64,000 nucleotides of DNA, taken from NCBI GenBank assembly GCA_030390025.1, contig CM059446.1, forward strand, positions 16,306,001 to 16,370,000, given 5' to 3'. The position numbers were made by a program, and so were the translations under genes. This document shows positions 1 through 13,100 of the stretch, one piece after another. The notes under the pieces were generated by a model. The model saw only the letters and a list, made by a program, of their open reading frames with translations, had not been told where the DNA came from and ran no database searches. Position 1 is the first letter of the stretch. Every line of letters starts with the position of its first letter. This DNA comes from Squalus acanthias. Its lineage: Eukaryota.

Positions 1-27
1 TTGAATAATGCGAGAACTTAAACTTAC

Positions 28-79
28 CATATGTTGTATATACAATCAACAACACAAATCTAACAGAAATCCAGGGCAT
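28..79 (-). CDS. ADAM8: First coding exon with signal peptide (MPWISVRFVLLIVYTTY-G), probably ADAM8; gene continues off the left edge
   Basis: ATG at 79-77 (AGAATG), hydrophobic 17 aa, phase-1 perfect donor G|GTAAGT. ADAM8 lies co-oriented downstream of TUBGCP2 in human. Identity rests on synteny only. Confidence 0.6.
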
Positions 80-149
80 TCTGCTCCAGAACAGGATTTC
101 TCCCGGCCGGACACACTCTGTATCCTTGTCCAGCATGCAGGGGATGTTG

Positions 150-920
150 AGTGGAGATCAGTACATTTACTGGTACACTGACTCACTGCCACAAACCCCG
201 CCTGACTCTTACTGCCATTGGACAACGGCGAAACTCAAACTCCAATCAATGGAGAAGAACGCCCATTGAATGCAATTAGTCACAAAGTAGATGGAGGTCA
301 GAGTTAAACCGCGATATGGTGTGTGTGTGCCCCCCACCCAAAAGATGCCTTCGTTGCTGCTCTTTTTGAAAGATTAAATCTCTTGAATTAGTTCCTTTAC
401 CCTGGTTAATTGTATTGTCGAGGCATGGAAAAGATCGCTTTCGAAAGCGAGCAATTAGCAAGAAAGCCACTGGGAAGGAGGTGAAGGCAATGCCCAGGGT
501 GCGGAGTGGACCTGGAGGGTTGCAAGTCTGAGCGGAGCAGTTCTTTACGGTTAGATTTTGAGGGCAGGACAGAGCCGGGCTAACGTCAGGCTGAGTCAGC
601 GAGGAAACACTCGGACCAGGAACTAGGAGCCGCACCAGCGCCCTTTCCGCAAAAGCCTTGGTGATGAGCAGTCCCAGCGTCGAGAATGCCAAGGAAACGG
701 GAACAGGAATTTATGTCCGTATCAATTCCTGATCAAATACTCACATGGACCTTGAGTGTAGGGCAGTAATGTCAGGCGTTCTCCCTATCGAGAAACGTGG
801 TGGCTCGACTCCCAGTCCTGGAGATTATAAGATAGGACTGGAGATGAACTGAGGTTTTTTTTTTACACAACCCCTCCTTGCTTTCAATATGAGAAAATTA
901 CTTTCCCCATGATGTGAAAG
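150..920 (-). promoter_or_regulatory. Promoter of the putative ADAM8 gene
   Basis: GC box (196-203), CCAAT boxes (about 217, 242), AP-1 TGACTCA (179) and TGAGTCA (592), several GGAA ETS cores, raised CpG. Confidence 0.5.
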
Positions 921-2521
921 TTTAATAAAAAGGTTAAAACTTTTCCTCCTTGTGTTCCCACTGAGAATTGGAGAGTGGGCAGTGTGGGGACGAGCACATT
1001 GCAGCTGGGTGCCACGGGTTCACAACCACAGTGACTCGGTCATGCTGACTGGATTGCAAGTACTATCCCACAATGAGAGGGAATTGCCTTGGTCGACTCT
1101 CGCACACCTTCTAGTGGCTGGTGAAAGAGCAATGTTGGCAGAGGCCTGGGAGGAGATTGCATGTGTTCTGCTGACACAGCATGAGAAAGATAAAAGATGG
1201 GGAAATGGAATAAAGTACCTGAAAATAGCAGAAAAAAGCAAGAGGAACTGGCAGCGAAACAGAGTCTTGGCACAAGCAGGATGATGGCAGTTGTATATGT
1301 ACTTGCTGTCTGTTCCTTTAACCCCAAGGAAACAATTCCGACCCAAAACATTACTCTAACTTAATCATCTGAAAAAAGTGTAAGATTTTGGCTTTAATAC
1401 AGAAATAATATAATAAAAATGCCCCTTGTCTCTAGTTCTCTGATTATTATGTAAGGCTCTGTAAAGTGTTTGAGTCTTTCTGATCCTTCAATTGTATTTT
1501 ATTGAATAGCAACCTCAAAATACAGAACTATAAATCCATTCTAAATGATACCGTGCCCAGGATGTCTGGATGCTCAATAAAACTGAATTAAAAAAATAAA
1601 ACAGATCATAAATCACCCGTGCAAAACATTCAACAGCACAGGTTACTGACTAAGAGGAAACTTTAGTTCCTCAGGTGAATTTCATGGTCTGTCCTCAGTT
1701 CCAGGACTTCGGGTCAGCCAATGATCTTTATGCTGCACGTTCAGAGTTGGGCGAAACTTTGAGCCATTGGCAATATTGGTGACATGTTACTTACCTGTCT
1801 CTTTCAATGGAAACACAATTCATTCACAAAATGTATCCTCATTCAGATTTTGTCGATCTTTTTTCATTTTTCCTCCAGTGGGAAAGATGACACTTAGTGG
1901 AAGGGTAGTCTCAATTTCCTCCCCAAGCGTTCATGTGTCATTCCAACAGGAGATCTAATGACTCCTACAGTGGAATAGATTTCTTACACTTGCATTCAAG
2001 GCTCATATATAAAAAAATAGCAACTTGGCCAAGATTCTGAGTGACCTGTGGAACTGTACTTCATGTGAGTTGGCACTTTCAGGACAGAAGATACATTGTG
2101 CATCATTTCATAAAATATTTGTTGTATTTTGTTCGTACAAAATTGAAGCTAGGCCTATGTACTGAGCTACTTCTGAAAGGATTTCCTTTGTCTTTGAGCC
2201 TGGGTTTAAAGCAAATACATTATCTTAAGGACATGGCCTCTTCAGCACTTATGTTCCGGCAACTTCCCGGAAGGGAGTCGTCAACATAGTAATTGCATTG
2301 GGCTTTGGAAATGCATTATGAATGCAAATGAGTTGACTGAGGAAGCAGGCAAAGTCATTATGTGTAATGGTGGGTGACCCGTCCAGAAACCTCCTGAAAG
2401 GAAGACAGTTGTCTCAAAATTGGCACCAGTAATCACGAAAGGCTTCTTTTGGCATAAAGCCTTGCAATAGTTGCTTGCCTAGGGTTCTGTCCAATCATAT
2501 TTCCATATCATGGCAGTGAGA

Positions 2522-2988
2522 AAGAAAGACTTGCATTTATATAGCGCCTTTCACGACCACCGGAAGTCTCAAAGCGCTTTACAGTCAATGAAGTACTTTT
2601 TGAAGTGGAGTCACTGTTGTAATGTGGGAAACGTGACAGCCAATTTGCACACAGCAAGCTCCCACAAACAGCAATGTGATCATGACCAGATAATCTGTTT
2701 TTTGTTATGTTGATTGAGGGATAAATATTGGCCAGGACACCGGGGAGAACTCCCCTGGCTCTTCTTTGAAATATTGCCATGGGATCTTTTATGTCTACCT
2801 GAGAGAGCAGACAGGGCCTCGGTTTAACGCCTCATCTGAAAGACGGCACCTCCGACAGTGCAGCACTCCCTCAGCACTGCACTGGAGTGTCAGCCTAGAT
2901 TTTTGTGCTCAAGTCCCTGGAGTGGGAATTGAACCCACAACCTTCTGACTCAGAGGCGAGTGTGCTACCCACTGAGCCACATCTGACA
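2522..2988 (-). mobile_element. Full-length tRNA-headed DeuSINE (SacSINE1-like)
   Basis: A/B-box head, Deu-domain core (GATCCCATGGCA...CCCGGTGTCCTGGCCAA), L2-type tail AGGCGCTATATAAATGCAAGT; TSD CATGGCAGTGAGA at 2509-2521 and 2995-3007. Confidence 0.85.
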
Positions 2989-3782
2989 TCTGAACATGGC
3001 AGTGAGATAGAAAGACTCATCATTATACTCATGAGTTTAATGACATGATTCAAATGCTTTTGTCACTTTGGTTTGGAAAACTGTTTAAAGTAGTGATGAA
3101 AGTTAAGTACTTCGTCCCAAGACTCACTGGGATGTCATTTCCTTTATTGTTATGAGGGCAGTATACTTACTGGTGATGCATAATGTGAAATCAATAAACA
3201 TCTACGTTACAAGTGGAGTTGAGCGTTTCACTCTGGTCCTCTGCAAGATGTGCGCACCCCTAAGAATAACCTGCTCGTGTGGGCTGCCATCCAAATCGCC
3301 AGCTGAGTGAGGAGCAGAGAAACCCGTGCAGTGTATGTTGGAGCAACTACCTAGTTTCACTGCCATTTTATTGGCGGCAGGTATCACTTTGATAAAATGA
3401 GAGCTGTACACTTTATATTGAATTCAGACTGAGATATTGTAAAGGATGGTGTGTCCATACTGTTAGAGCCCAGGACCGTATTGGATTCTAAGCAAGGATC
3501 TCTCTAGTCTCATACTCTCCTGCTAAGGCAAAAAAAAAATCCATGAAGGCACCCTCCTCCTACTATGAGGCCCGTTGCATTGCTGATGCCAGCTGAGGAA
3601 GTCTCACTTGAAAAATCAAGATTTCCAACCTGGTGTATCCAGGATCCACTGTTCAATCTGTGGTCACTCATTCCGAACAAATATAGGTCTCATCAATCAG
3701 CAAAGAACTTACTGCAAAAAATGACATGATATTCTGGCTATATTGAAGGATGAACAATGATTCTGATTGAGAGAACACTTTG

Positions 3783-4175
3783 AGGTCCCCCAATGGCTCA
3801 GTTGGTAAGTACACCACCCAGTTCAGAACTGAGACATTCAGACCACGAGGTCCTCACGTTGGATTCGCAGTTTATACCAAGTTAGTTGATGCCAGTCTGA
3901 TTGGCAATAGGGACATTATACCTGGCCTCAGCGCTCCTGGGCTGGGGAAGGGAAGAAAATCAGTCAAGGGTTCCCTTTCTCGCTTGCAATCCATTGATTC
4001 CTGCTGGAAAGTGAGGATGTATGCCTCGATATCAGGGAGGATTGAGCTCAGCGGTGATACCCTCCACAGTCAAATGCCTTATAAACACTGACTATCTGGG
4101 CTCGTGCATGAAAGATGGCTAGAGGGCAAGGTACTTGAGATTGCCCAAGGAACTGTATCCCAGCCCAAGTCAGGA
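3783..4175 (+). mobile_element. Old tRNA-headed SINE-like element (second family)
   Basis: A-box TGGCTCAGTTGG; shares internal motifs with diverged copies near 6970, 7740, 14720, 36755, 57105, 59505 and 61355. Confidence 0.6.
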
Positions 4176-5369
4176 AAAAAGGGGAGAAAATGGGAGGGGA
4201 ATAAATTTAATTAAAAAAAACCACTTTGAATTTGAAGAACGGAAAACAATAAATGGACAGGATTATTAGAGAATGCTTTAGGCTTTTGGAAATCTGTGAT
4301 GTGCCCACTGGTATCCCAGTACAATTAGTCACAAGCCTTTCTATGTTATCAACTGGGTTAAGTTTCTGAGACTGTCTAGTTATTATTATGTCTGATTGCA
4401 CCACATGTTGTACAAACTAATACACAAAAACAATTGGGCACTTTCAACAAAAAACAATAGCTTTAGGTTCTAGGGATCATGTTTATAAGTACTTTTAACT
4501 GAGAACAATTGTATGACGATATAAGGGCAGCACATGTACATTCCCCTTGATCCTTTCAGTTAATATCAATCACGTTAAAAGCCACCTTTCTGCTTGTCTT
4601 TATAGCAGCTATGTGATAACAGGAGTTACATTTTCTCCTCTAGTGCTGCAAGCTGTAGATTAGAATTATATTAAGGCACTGCTGATTCGGTTTTCCCACA
4701 CATCTGGATACCTTTTACTCAACTGTACATCACGTAGACTGACTGCTATCTCCCTGGCCAGTTGTTTAGTACCAAATGATACGATACCTTCAAAGAACAA
4801 GATAAACACATTCAGTTAGTTAAGAGGAGAAGAGCCCAGGCAGCTGATCCTCCTGGTCGCCAACTGATAATTGTAACAATGATAACAAGATACTAGATTT
4901 TAATTTTCTTTGAGAGAGCTGGTACTGGGGTGGTGGTTTGAGTCTGGTATGGTATTGCTAATTGTTTTGGTTAGTGCTACCATTGGTGAGCAGGCAAGAT
5001 AAAAAAGCCAACACCAAAATAGTAAATGTTCTCTTCCTGGAGGCAAGGAAGCTGCGACAAAGCCTGGAGACTCCTTCTCAGCAGAAGGGTGGGCTAAAGT
5101 CGTTTGTTTAATTTAAATACAAATTCTGCATTGAGCGCAAGGGTGAAATTATATTTTTGGCCGGTATTACTGGCCTTGGGAAAATGATGACGCAAAGCAC
5201 TCTCACAAATTGTAATGTCCCATGTGAGCATCTGCATTTCACTGGAAACAGCTCCTCAAATTGTTCTGCAGCAGAAACGGATTATAAAACTCAGCAATTC
5301 ATTCCAAAATATAGGAAAAAAATGTTCCCATTTATTTGAAGCTGCTTCAGATTCATATTAGACACACTA

Positions 5370-6750
5370 GGGTAGATTGTCCGATTGGTTATGCCTGATG
5401 GACGGACGGAAAGTGGGTATAACCGAGCAGTAAAATTGGCAGGAGATCCATCACATCGGATTTTGATTCAGTTAATGTTCCATTCAATGATGGAGTTGGG
5501 TTTTGGCACCAGCATTGAAAGCACCCAGCAGTTTACAGGTTGTTGTATTAAAGTCAGGCCCCGATGACGTTGTTTAGATGTTCATGTAATTTCTCCACGT
5601 TTATGCTGAAATAACAGTCAGTCAGGGCTGCTGGGGCCTGTGCCGTTTACAGAAGTGGACTTAAAGAAGCCCGCACTAACATTTGTAGCAGTATTTTGAG
5701 GCTTTTACAGAACTTTTTTTTCTGCTTTTGTTTTTTTCCTGTTTCCACTTAAATGGTCAGGCTTTGTGCCAAGTGTTCTGGAACAAGCCATTATTTTGGT
5801 ACATCCGCAATATTTGGACAGCGGGTTTCTCCCCTTATATTTTTTGGAAGAGGACCAGCATTGGAATGAGGTGGACTGCACCTACGTGCCAGTACCGTCA
5901 CACCTGTACCTACCTGGCAATGACCACCTGCAGCTGGTGACAGAGGCTCGAGAGCATTGGAGAACCAGATGAAAAGTTGCGCCCTCTGCTGCAAGAACTG
6001 GATCTAACACTTACCATATAGCTGGCACGGCCAGTGGTAGCAACAGTCAACTGCATCCTTATGTCCTCCTCCTTCATCTGCTTCCAAGTATACTGCATGC
6101 AATGCTGTCCTATGCAGAGGGTGGGCTGGAGTGACAAACAGGATCACCCTCCTCACCACCACCTCATTCAAGAGGAGATGGTGCACAGTCATAAAACAGG
6201 TGGCCTTTGCAAACAGAGGGAAATACATTGGAGGATGTGTGGCCTCTCATTTGCATACATTTAACTTAAGCCCACCATCATGTGCGGAGTGGGCAGGCAC
6301 ATTCAGCACAGCCACTGGGAGATGGTGGAGGGAGGGAGGAAGGCAGAGGTACAGCGAGCTGGGGGTGGGGGGAAACAACAGAACGTGGTCCTGAGCAATG
6401 TTCCACCCCAGATCTGTGGGAGGGGGCATAAATACCTGCAATGATTACTCATCAGCTGAAAGTTGCATATAGGGAACCAGATTGGACACCGAGTTTTATT
6501 CAAGATACTGCGGTGAGCAAGTCCACACTAATTAAAGTGATTAAAAAAAAAACACACATGAAGACACACATTGTGTCCTTGGGGAGACTAGAGGTGAGAA
6601 TTCCCCATTCGCTTCATGCTTTTGACAACCAATATTAGGTGGTTTTGAGCTACTTATGATGGATGCACATCCACATTAGAAACTACTAAAATTCAGCAAT
6701 GACTATGTCTAACTCAAACAGCCGGTGCAGAAAATGGATGCAACGCTAGA
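5370..6750. mobile_element. Decayed PIF/Harbinger-like element (tentative)
   Basis: Left end TA|GGGTAGATTGTCC resembles Harbinger TIRs; peptide remnant PTCQYRHTCTYLAM resembles the N-terminus of Harbinger transposases; right TIR not found. Confidence 0.35.
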
Positions 6751-8049
6751 GTAGTAGATGATTTCGGAAACTGGTGTTGAGGGACATTGGAGGAGTAGCT
6801 GATTTTGAAAGTTATTGCACGCAACCTTATGTTATTTCAGAGCTGGGAGGAAAGGTTCAGCTTCCCAAAGCTGATATTTCTTGCCTTGAAGAACACTAAA
6901 TTCAACGAAAAAATTTCAAAGCACAATAAATTTAAAGAGCTTCAAGAAAGTCAAGTAGTTAAGAGCAGGGCAGGCTCTCCCAGTAGCTCAGTGGGGTTAC
7001 TGTGAGCAGCTGAATCATATTGAATGGGAAAGACCTAGATTAGGTTCATGTCTATGCCAAGTTGGTTGATCTCACCCAGGGTATGCGAATGTGGATTTTG
7101 AACAAGTGCAGGAATACACGTTGCTATCGTATGCTCCTCTCCCCATCCTTACTTCTGACAATTAGAGATAATGACCACTGGGAGAGTTACTGGAGGGTGT
7201 CCATCGAGCTATATCCAGCACGGTTTCAATGCTTTCAGGAGGGGGCAGGGGTAATATTTCGATACAAATATTGTAGAAACATCCCAGACCTTCAGTATGA
7301 GCAGCAATAAGTATTTCTGACTTGGGTTCAAAGAGGGTTCAGTGTTTTGAGTTGAAAAACAGCAAAATAATCTAGTTTGGAAAAATGAGGTAATTTCTCA
7401 TTGGTTCAACTTCATGCTTGTTCTAAACTAGACATTCAATTGAATTCATTTCATTAGTAATGTATATTTGGGTTATTTACTTTAGCATTATAGCCGTTAG
7501 GTTAAGTAATCAATAGCCTACATAGTAATTTTATACATTTGTACACTCATTCACTGCTGCATTCTTTGTGTGTGAATTTGCTTTGAAGTGGAGTCTGTCT
7601 TTGGTTAACTGATTACCCTAAAAGGAAGAATTCTGTACTAACTCATTGGGTAGACAGTGCCACCAAGTGGGCACAAAGAACATTTGCAGTTGTAGCTTCC
7701 TTCATAAGTTTTATACAGAATATGTAAATACATTGCATGGGGTGGTATCAAGCCAGACAGACCAAGAGGTTTCAGTTTTGATTCATGGGCAACAGTTTGG
7801 ACCCTACAACTAGCCTGAGCACCCCAAGGCTGCGGGGAGAAAAGAATCGCAGTCAGGGCTCCCAGCCTGATTGATATCCAATTTCCTGTGCTGGAAGTGG
7901 GCCGAGGACACCCTCTACAGCTTGCAGAGGCTCACTGTCTAGACTAGCACAAGAAGAATGTGCACTTGGATGACATCCTGGAGGGTTACCAGCACATGTG
8001 GATCCATAACCCTAATGAGAGTCGGTGCCTTCAGGAGACAAACTGATCG

Positions 8050-8510
8050 ACAACTTATATTTATCTGGTGCCTTTAATGTAGTAAAACGACCCAAGGCGC
8101 TTCATAGGAGCGCTTTCAAACAAAATGTTGACACCGAGCCACATAGGAGATATGAGGACAGATGACCAAAAGCTTGGTCAAAGAGGTAGGTTTTAAGGAA
8201 TGTCTTAAAGGAGGAGAGGGGCGGAGCAGTTTAAGGAGGGAAGCTTAGGGCCTAGACAGCTGAAGGCACAGACGCCAATGATGGAGCCATGAAAATCAGG
8301 GATGTGAAAAAGGCCAGGATTGGAGGAGCGCAGAGATCTCGGAGGGATGTGGGGCTGGAGGAGGTTACAGAGATATGAAGGGGCGAGGCCATGGAGGGAT
8401 TTGAAAACAAGGATGAGAATTTTAAAACCGAGGCGTTGCCGGACCCCGGGGAGCCAATGTAGGTCAGCGAGCAGAGAGGCGATGGGTGAACAGGACTTGG
8501 TATGAGATCA
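8050..8510 (-). mobile_element. L2-clade LINE 3' fragment
   Basis: Minus strand encodes FKTFLKTYLFDQAF-like RT C-terminus plus L2 tail; same family as 46200-46595. Confidence 0.75.
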
Positions 8511-9262
8511 GTGAATAAAGTAGCACTTCCAGCCTGTGAAGGAAGTACCATTCCAGTTTTAATACCGGTGAGATAAATGGAAATTAGCTTTTCTGTTGCA
8601 TCTCTTGGGAGTAATATGGGCAGAGTTGACCTTAAAAGAGTCATTCCATCTCAAGTCCAAATGACTTTTTATTAATGATGGTTAAATTATAAAAATCTAA
8701 CGTCTTAAAGGGAGATTCAATACAAATCAGCAGAAAAAATAATGAGATATCAGAACAGGATACATTCTGACTTACTGTAAAGTTAACTTCCTTGTTAGCT
8801 CCACTATATGCTAAATATTCTCAACAACAGCACAAGACATTATCGGGTGCATGTTCATACTTGTGATTTCTTGCAGTTTGATCTCAATTCTGACATTCTC
8901 GTTCAAGTGGGAATGAAAAGGTCACGATACGGGGCATCAACCAATTGGCTGGCAGCTGCCTTTTCTTTGGATTCTGCTTTAGATGTTCTGCTAAGAGAGT
9001 GGTTTTAACAAGCAGACAAAATCCACAAACTGACAACTGTAGCATGAAAATTAATAGAAAAATTGAGCTGTGGAACACAGCACAAACCCCCCAAACAAAG
9101 TCTGCACCTGGGTTTGGATCCAGTTTATACAAGTACGAAAACACTTCCTTTATTCGATGACCATTGAGGGTTTCGCTTCAGTTCCTTGGAGTCTACACAC
9201 TCCACTCACAAACATAGGACTAAAAGAAAAGGCACAATTTAGATGAGTTTCATATTGAAATA

Positions 9263-9268
9263 TTTATT
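9263..9268 (-). terminator. Probable TUBGCP2 polyadenylation signal (AATAAA)
   Basis: AATAAA on minus strand about 740 nt after the stop, followed by a U/GU-rich stretch (TGTGCCTTTTCTTTT...TGTTTGTG). Confidence 0.55.
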
Positions 9269-10007
9269 ACAGATTGTTAGTCAGATATACTAAATATAAT
9301 AAAAATTGAAGTGCAGTGTGTAAAGTGAAATGATTGAAGGCACTATGACTTTAAAATAAAAATCTGAAATTATTCTCGGCTTTTGAAAAAACATACCACC
9401 CCATTTACACATTGCTGCACTCAACATAACACTGTTAGAAAATTCAAAACATTACCCTCAGATTCCCCTCTCGCCCTGCTTTCCATTTCAATCCTCTGTT
9501 AATCTCTTCACTGAGCAGCGGGCAATGGTATGGCCCCCTCCTGCAGCTCTGGGGTTGGCTACTTACACTATAGTGGCAGGGAGTGGGTTCCATTTTGCTG
9601 ATTTTTCCCCCCCTTTACTTCCTTTCTCCCAATTGCATGACACCTAAGCTGAGAATAGCAACATGTCATGAGGAGGGGGTGAGCAGGAAGAGGAGACGGA
9701 CTGTTTGGGTGCAAATCTCCGCAGGGGCTGGAATTCACACCAGCCTCTCATCACTCAGAAATACTGAACACAAAAATAACTTCATTTTCTTTTTCTTTCT
9801 GACAGCTAGTTGCAAACTAACATAGTATTAACAAATGAATCTTATTCACAAAAGCTTCAAAATAATCTAATTACATATTTGAAAACTTACATTGCAGAGT
9901 ATGAATTTCTAGTAGCCTCAGTTATTACACACAGGTATACTGATTTTTTTTTGTTGCAGTTATTAGTCATTATGATGGCAAATCTACAATAAGCCATTTC
10001 TAGCATT

Positions 10008-10116
10008 TTATTGAGCCGATAATGTTCTTGTAACAATTCCTTGCTGGCCCTGCGGTTTACTTCTTTCTGCAGACATGTGTTCAAGGCGTTCAGTGTAGAA
10101 TCCATTAAAATCTAAC
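10008..10116 (-). CDS. TUBGCP2: TUBGCP2 last coding exon (LDFNGFYTERL...TLSAQ*)
   Basis: 109 nt, TTGCAG| acceptor, TAA at 10010-10008. Confidence 0.95.
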
Positions 10117-13100
10117 CTGCAATGGACAAACACAAAAGCAGTTAAACGGATAAAATTATCCATACTGATATTAATAAAGAAAAAAAAAATCATCGTCACG
10201 CTCTGGAACTGCACGTATGATCTCGAGGACATTCTTCTCAGGCCCATACAAAATTACATTCTGGTTGGTGTGTGGTAATGTTGAAGCATCCTTTACATTA
10301 GTATTAAATAACTGGATCAAAGTGGCATTAACTATGGAACTTGGCAATTACATGCTTGTGCCTGACTTGTAGCCTGAGTTTCACGGGTTCAAAGTCCCAA
10401 ATTGCTCATCACTGTAGACAGGAAGCTTATTCATTTTTAACTCTGCCACTAGATGGAACACTGTGCTTTGGCAGGGCATCACGTGTGTGGAAAGCAAATT
10501 GCTGGTCTTGTTACAACAGAGCCTCTTTTATGTCCGTATTTTGATGTAGCGCTTAAACTATAAATAAGGAGATGCCTGCAGAGCATATAATGCCTTCCTT
10601 CTACCCAATAAAAAAGGCTGCACGCTAGCAAACACACGAGGAAAAAAAGGGAAAGAGAGCTTGCCGATTTAAAGGGTATATATCAAAAGGATTAAATCAA
10701 AGATGCGCATTACTAATCTATCTTTCAAGGCTCCAAAATACATGCAGAACATCACTTTGAAGAGCCTACATGGTTTCCCCAATTACCAACTTTGACTTCT
10801 CAATCACTGGTTTCACTTGCAGATATTATTAAGTCAATATCTACCAGCATGTTTAGTCACTGGGAATTTCCTCAGGGTTCTGAGAGATTGACCGGAGTAA
10901 CTCTGGTGGAAACTGGATATAAATGGGGATACTGCTGATCTTATGGCGGCCAACCAGGAGTACCCGCCCTCCCCCTCCCTGTGAGAGCCTGTGTTTCCAA
11001 AAGGTTTCTCCTCAATTCACTATCATCTTTTATTGCCAAGTGTAGTTACATTTTCTCTGCTTTAACATGATTTACAAGTGAGCAATATGATTCTGAAAGC
11101 AGAAGAGGTGGAGGTGTAACCAACTGGCTCTTCCCCGGATCCATTAACATTAGTCCTGTCCAAGGGGAAGCTTTTAGGTGACACTAACTGTGGCTATACC
11201 TGCTAGGCATCATCAGAGCTAAAGAACATCAGGCAAAGATAACAAAGCTGTGGGCAAAAGATGTTAAAAATGCTGCTTACACCACACCCAGGAAGAATCA
11301 AAGCACTGATCCAAAGCCTTGCGCGGGTCCTGACAACAGTTTGAGAAACACAAATGGAGGGCAATGAGTTTAGCAATTAAAGGAGAGGTTAGGGAAAAAA
11401 GTTTCCCAAAGAGTGGTTGGAATGTGGAATTCTCTGCCACAATCATTGTGAAGCCCATAGATTCTTTTAAAAAAAGGGAATTACACCCTTTGCTTAAAAA
11501 TGAGCACTATAAAAAGGAATGGGAGAGCAAGCAGGAGGGTGGGATTAGACTGGGTGGCTCACATGCCGAAGAATACCAGGAAAAATGGCCTGTTTCTGTG
11601 CTGTAACTTTCTATGATTCTATTAATTCCAAGCTAGAAGGAAGGAACTACGATGTTCACAAAACAAAAAGCTTAGATAAGATGGTTAATCAGAAAAACAA
11701 AATGGCCCTTTATCATTTGACGAGACTGGCTGTAACTCATGTCTCTTGTATTTTATATGCAGAACAATCAAACCAATTTGAATTCAGCACCAACAGAAAT
11801 ATGCAATTTTCAAAGGCTGTATATGGGAAGGAAACCGAGCCAGTGACTGACCTGTAAATTATGTTGATCATACTGTGCTCGCAGTCATTTGTGCTTGAAA
11901 TACTTAATCTGTCCAGCAGATCAAGCAGATTGGAAGAGAAGTTGTTGTCAAACGTATTGATGGTACCCTCGAACCCAGATGTCGAATGCAGTGAATTTGC
12001 ATGCTCTGCTACAAACTGTGAAAACAGCTAAGTTTTAGAAACTGGTCTGGACAACAGTAGGAATAACATTTCTCACTGACCTTACACTGAATCATTACCT
12101 TTTTGGTTTCTATTTCAGATATGAAGTGACTACATACAACTTGGAGAAATTTAAAAGCTACAGAATTACATATATAAAAATTCAATGCTGGATAATAAAA
12201 ACATTTCCCATTTTTGCTTCCAGTGTCTGCCGCAAGCACTCCCACATGCAGATGAAACTCTGCATTTCCCCCCCCCCCCCACTGTGTACCCTAACCCTAG
12301 TCTTAAAAGAACACACCTACTGCATTAGTGTGAATATTTCTATTTTCTACACCAATCATCCAGTGATATTGCCAACTTGTACAAAATTGTTGGTAGTTTT
12401 TCTGTGGGTGTGTACTGATTTACAAAGAGGGTTGTGATTGCCAAATTAATTTCACAAAGAACCATTTCATTCCAGATGGCATGGATTTAAATTGCAGGTC
12501 CCAAAGACAAAGGGATTGTGTTCTTTTTAAACCACTGCAATAAACTACAGAAGCTAAATTTTACAAGAAAACTATTTTCAATACAAAATATTTGTTGTCA
12601 GTATGTTGCCAAGGTCAGGATGTTGCCAAGAGTAAAAGGTATTAGATATTTGCCTTTTTGGTGAGCTTCTTCTTTTCAGTCTCTTCGGAGCGTTCTGACT
12701 GAGTTGGTGGACCCTTCATTGTACCATGTGCCAGTGTCAGACGCATCATCTCACTATCAATCTTTATGCTTTCAGTAAACCTCTGAGAATATAACAAGGA
12801 AATTTAAAGCTATAGTATGCAGTACTTCAGAATCCTAAATAAATACAAAATATATGATGAGGTAGGGGACAGCAACTATTCATGAGACAACAATTCTGTT
12901 TCCCATAACCAGTCTGGCTTTGCTTAGGACCCAAGCTGAATACAATGAACAAATCTTGGACTTGCCATCATTTGGAAGTGTGCAATTTAATTAGGAACTA
13001 AAATAAAATGGAGTTGTGGAACATATTCCCATTTATGGAAAGTCAATTGCTGAGACTTGATTCTGATCTAATTGCACTTTTAACTCACTAATTGAGGCAT

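Noticed and set aside
276-692. 138-aa minus-strand ORF
   Set aside because: Non-ATG start, no recognisable domain, lies in the promoter-like region.
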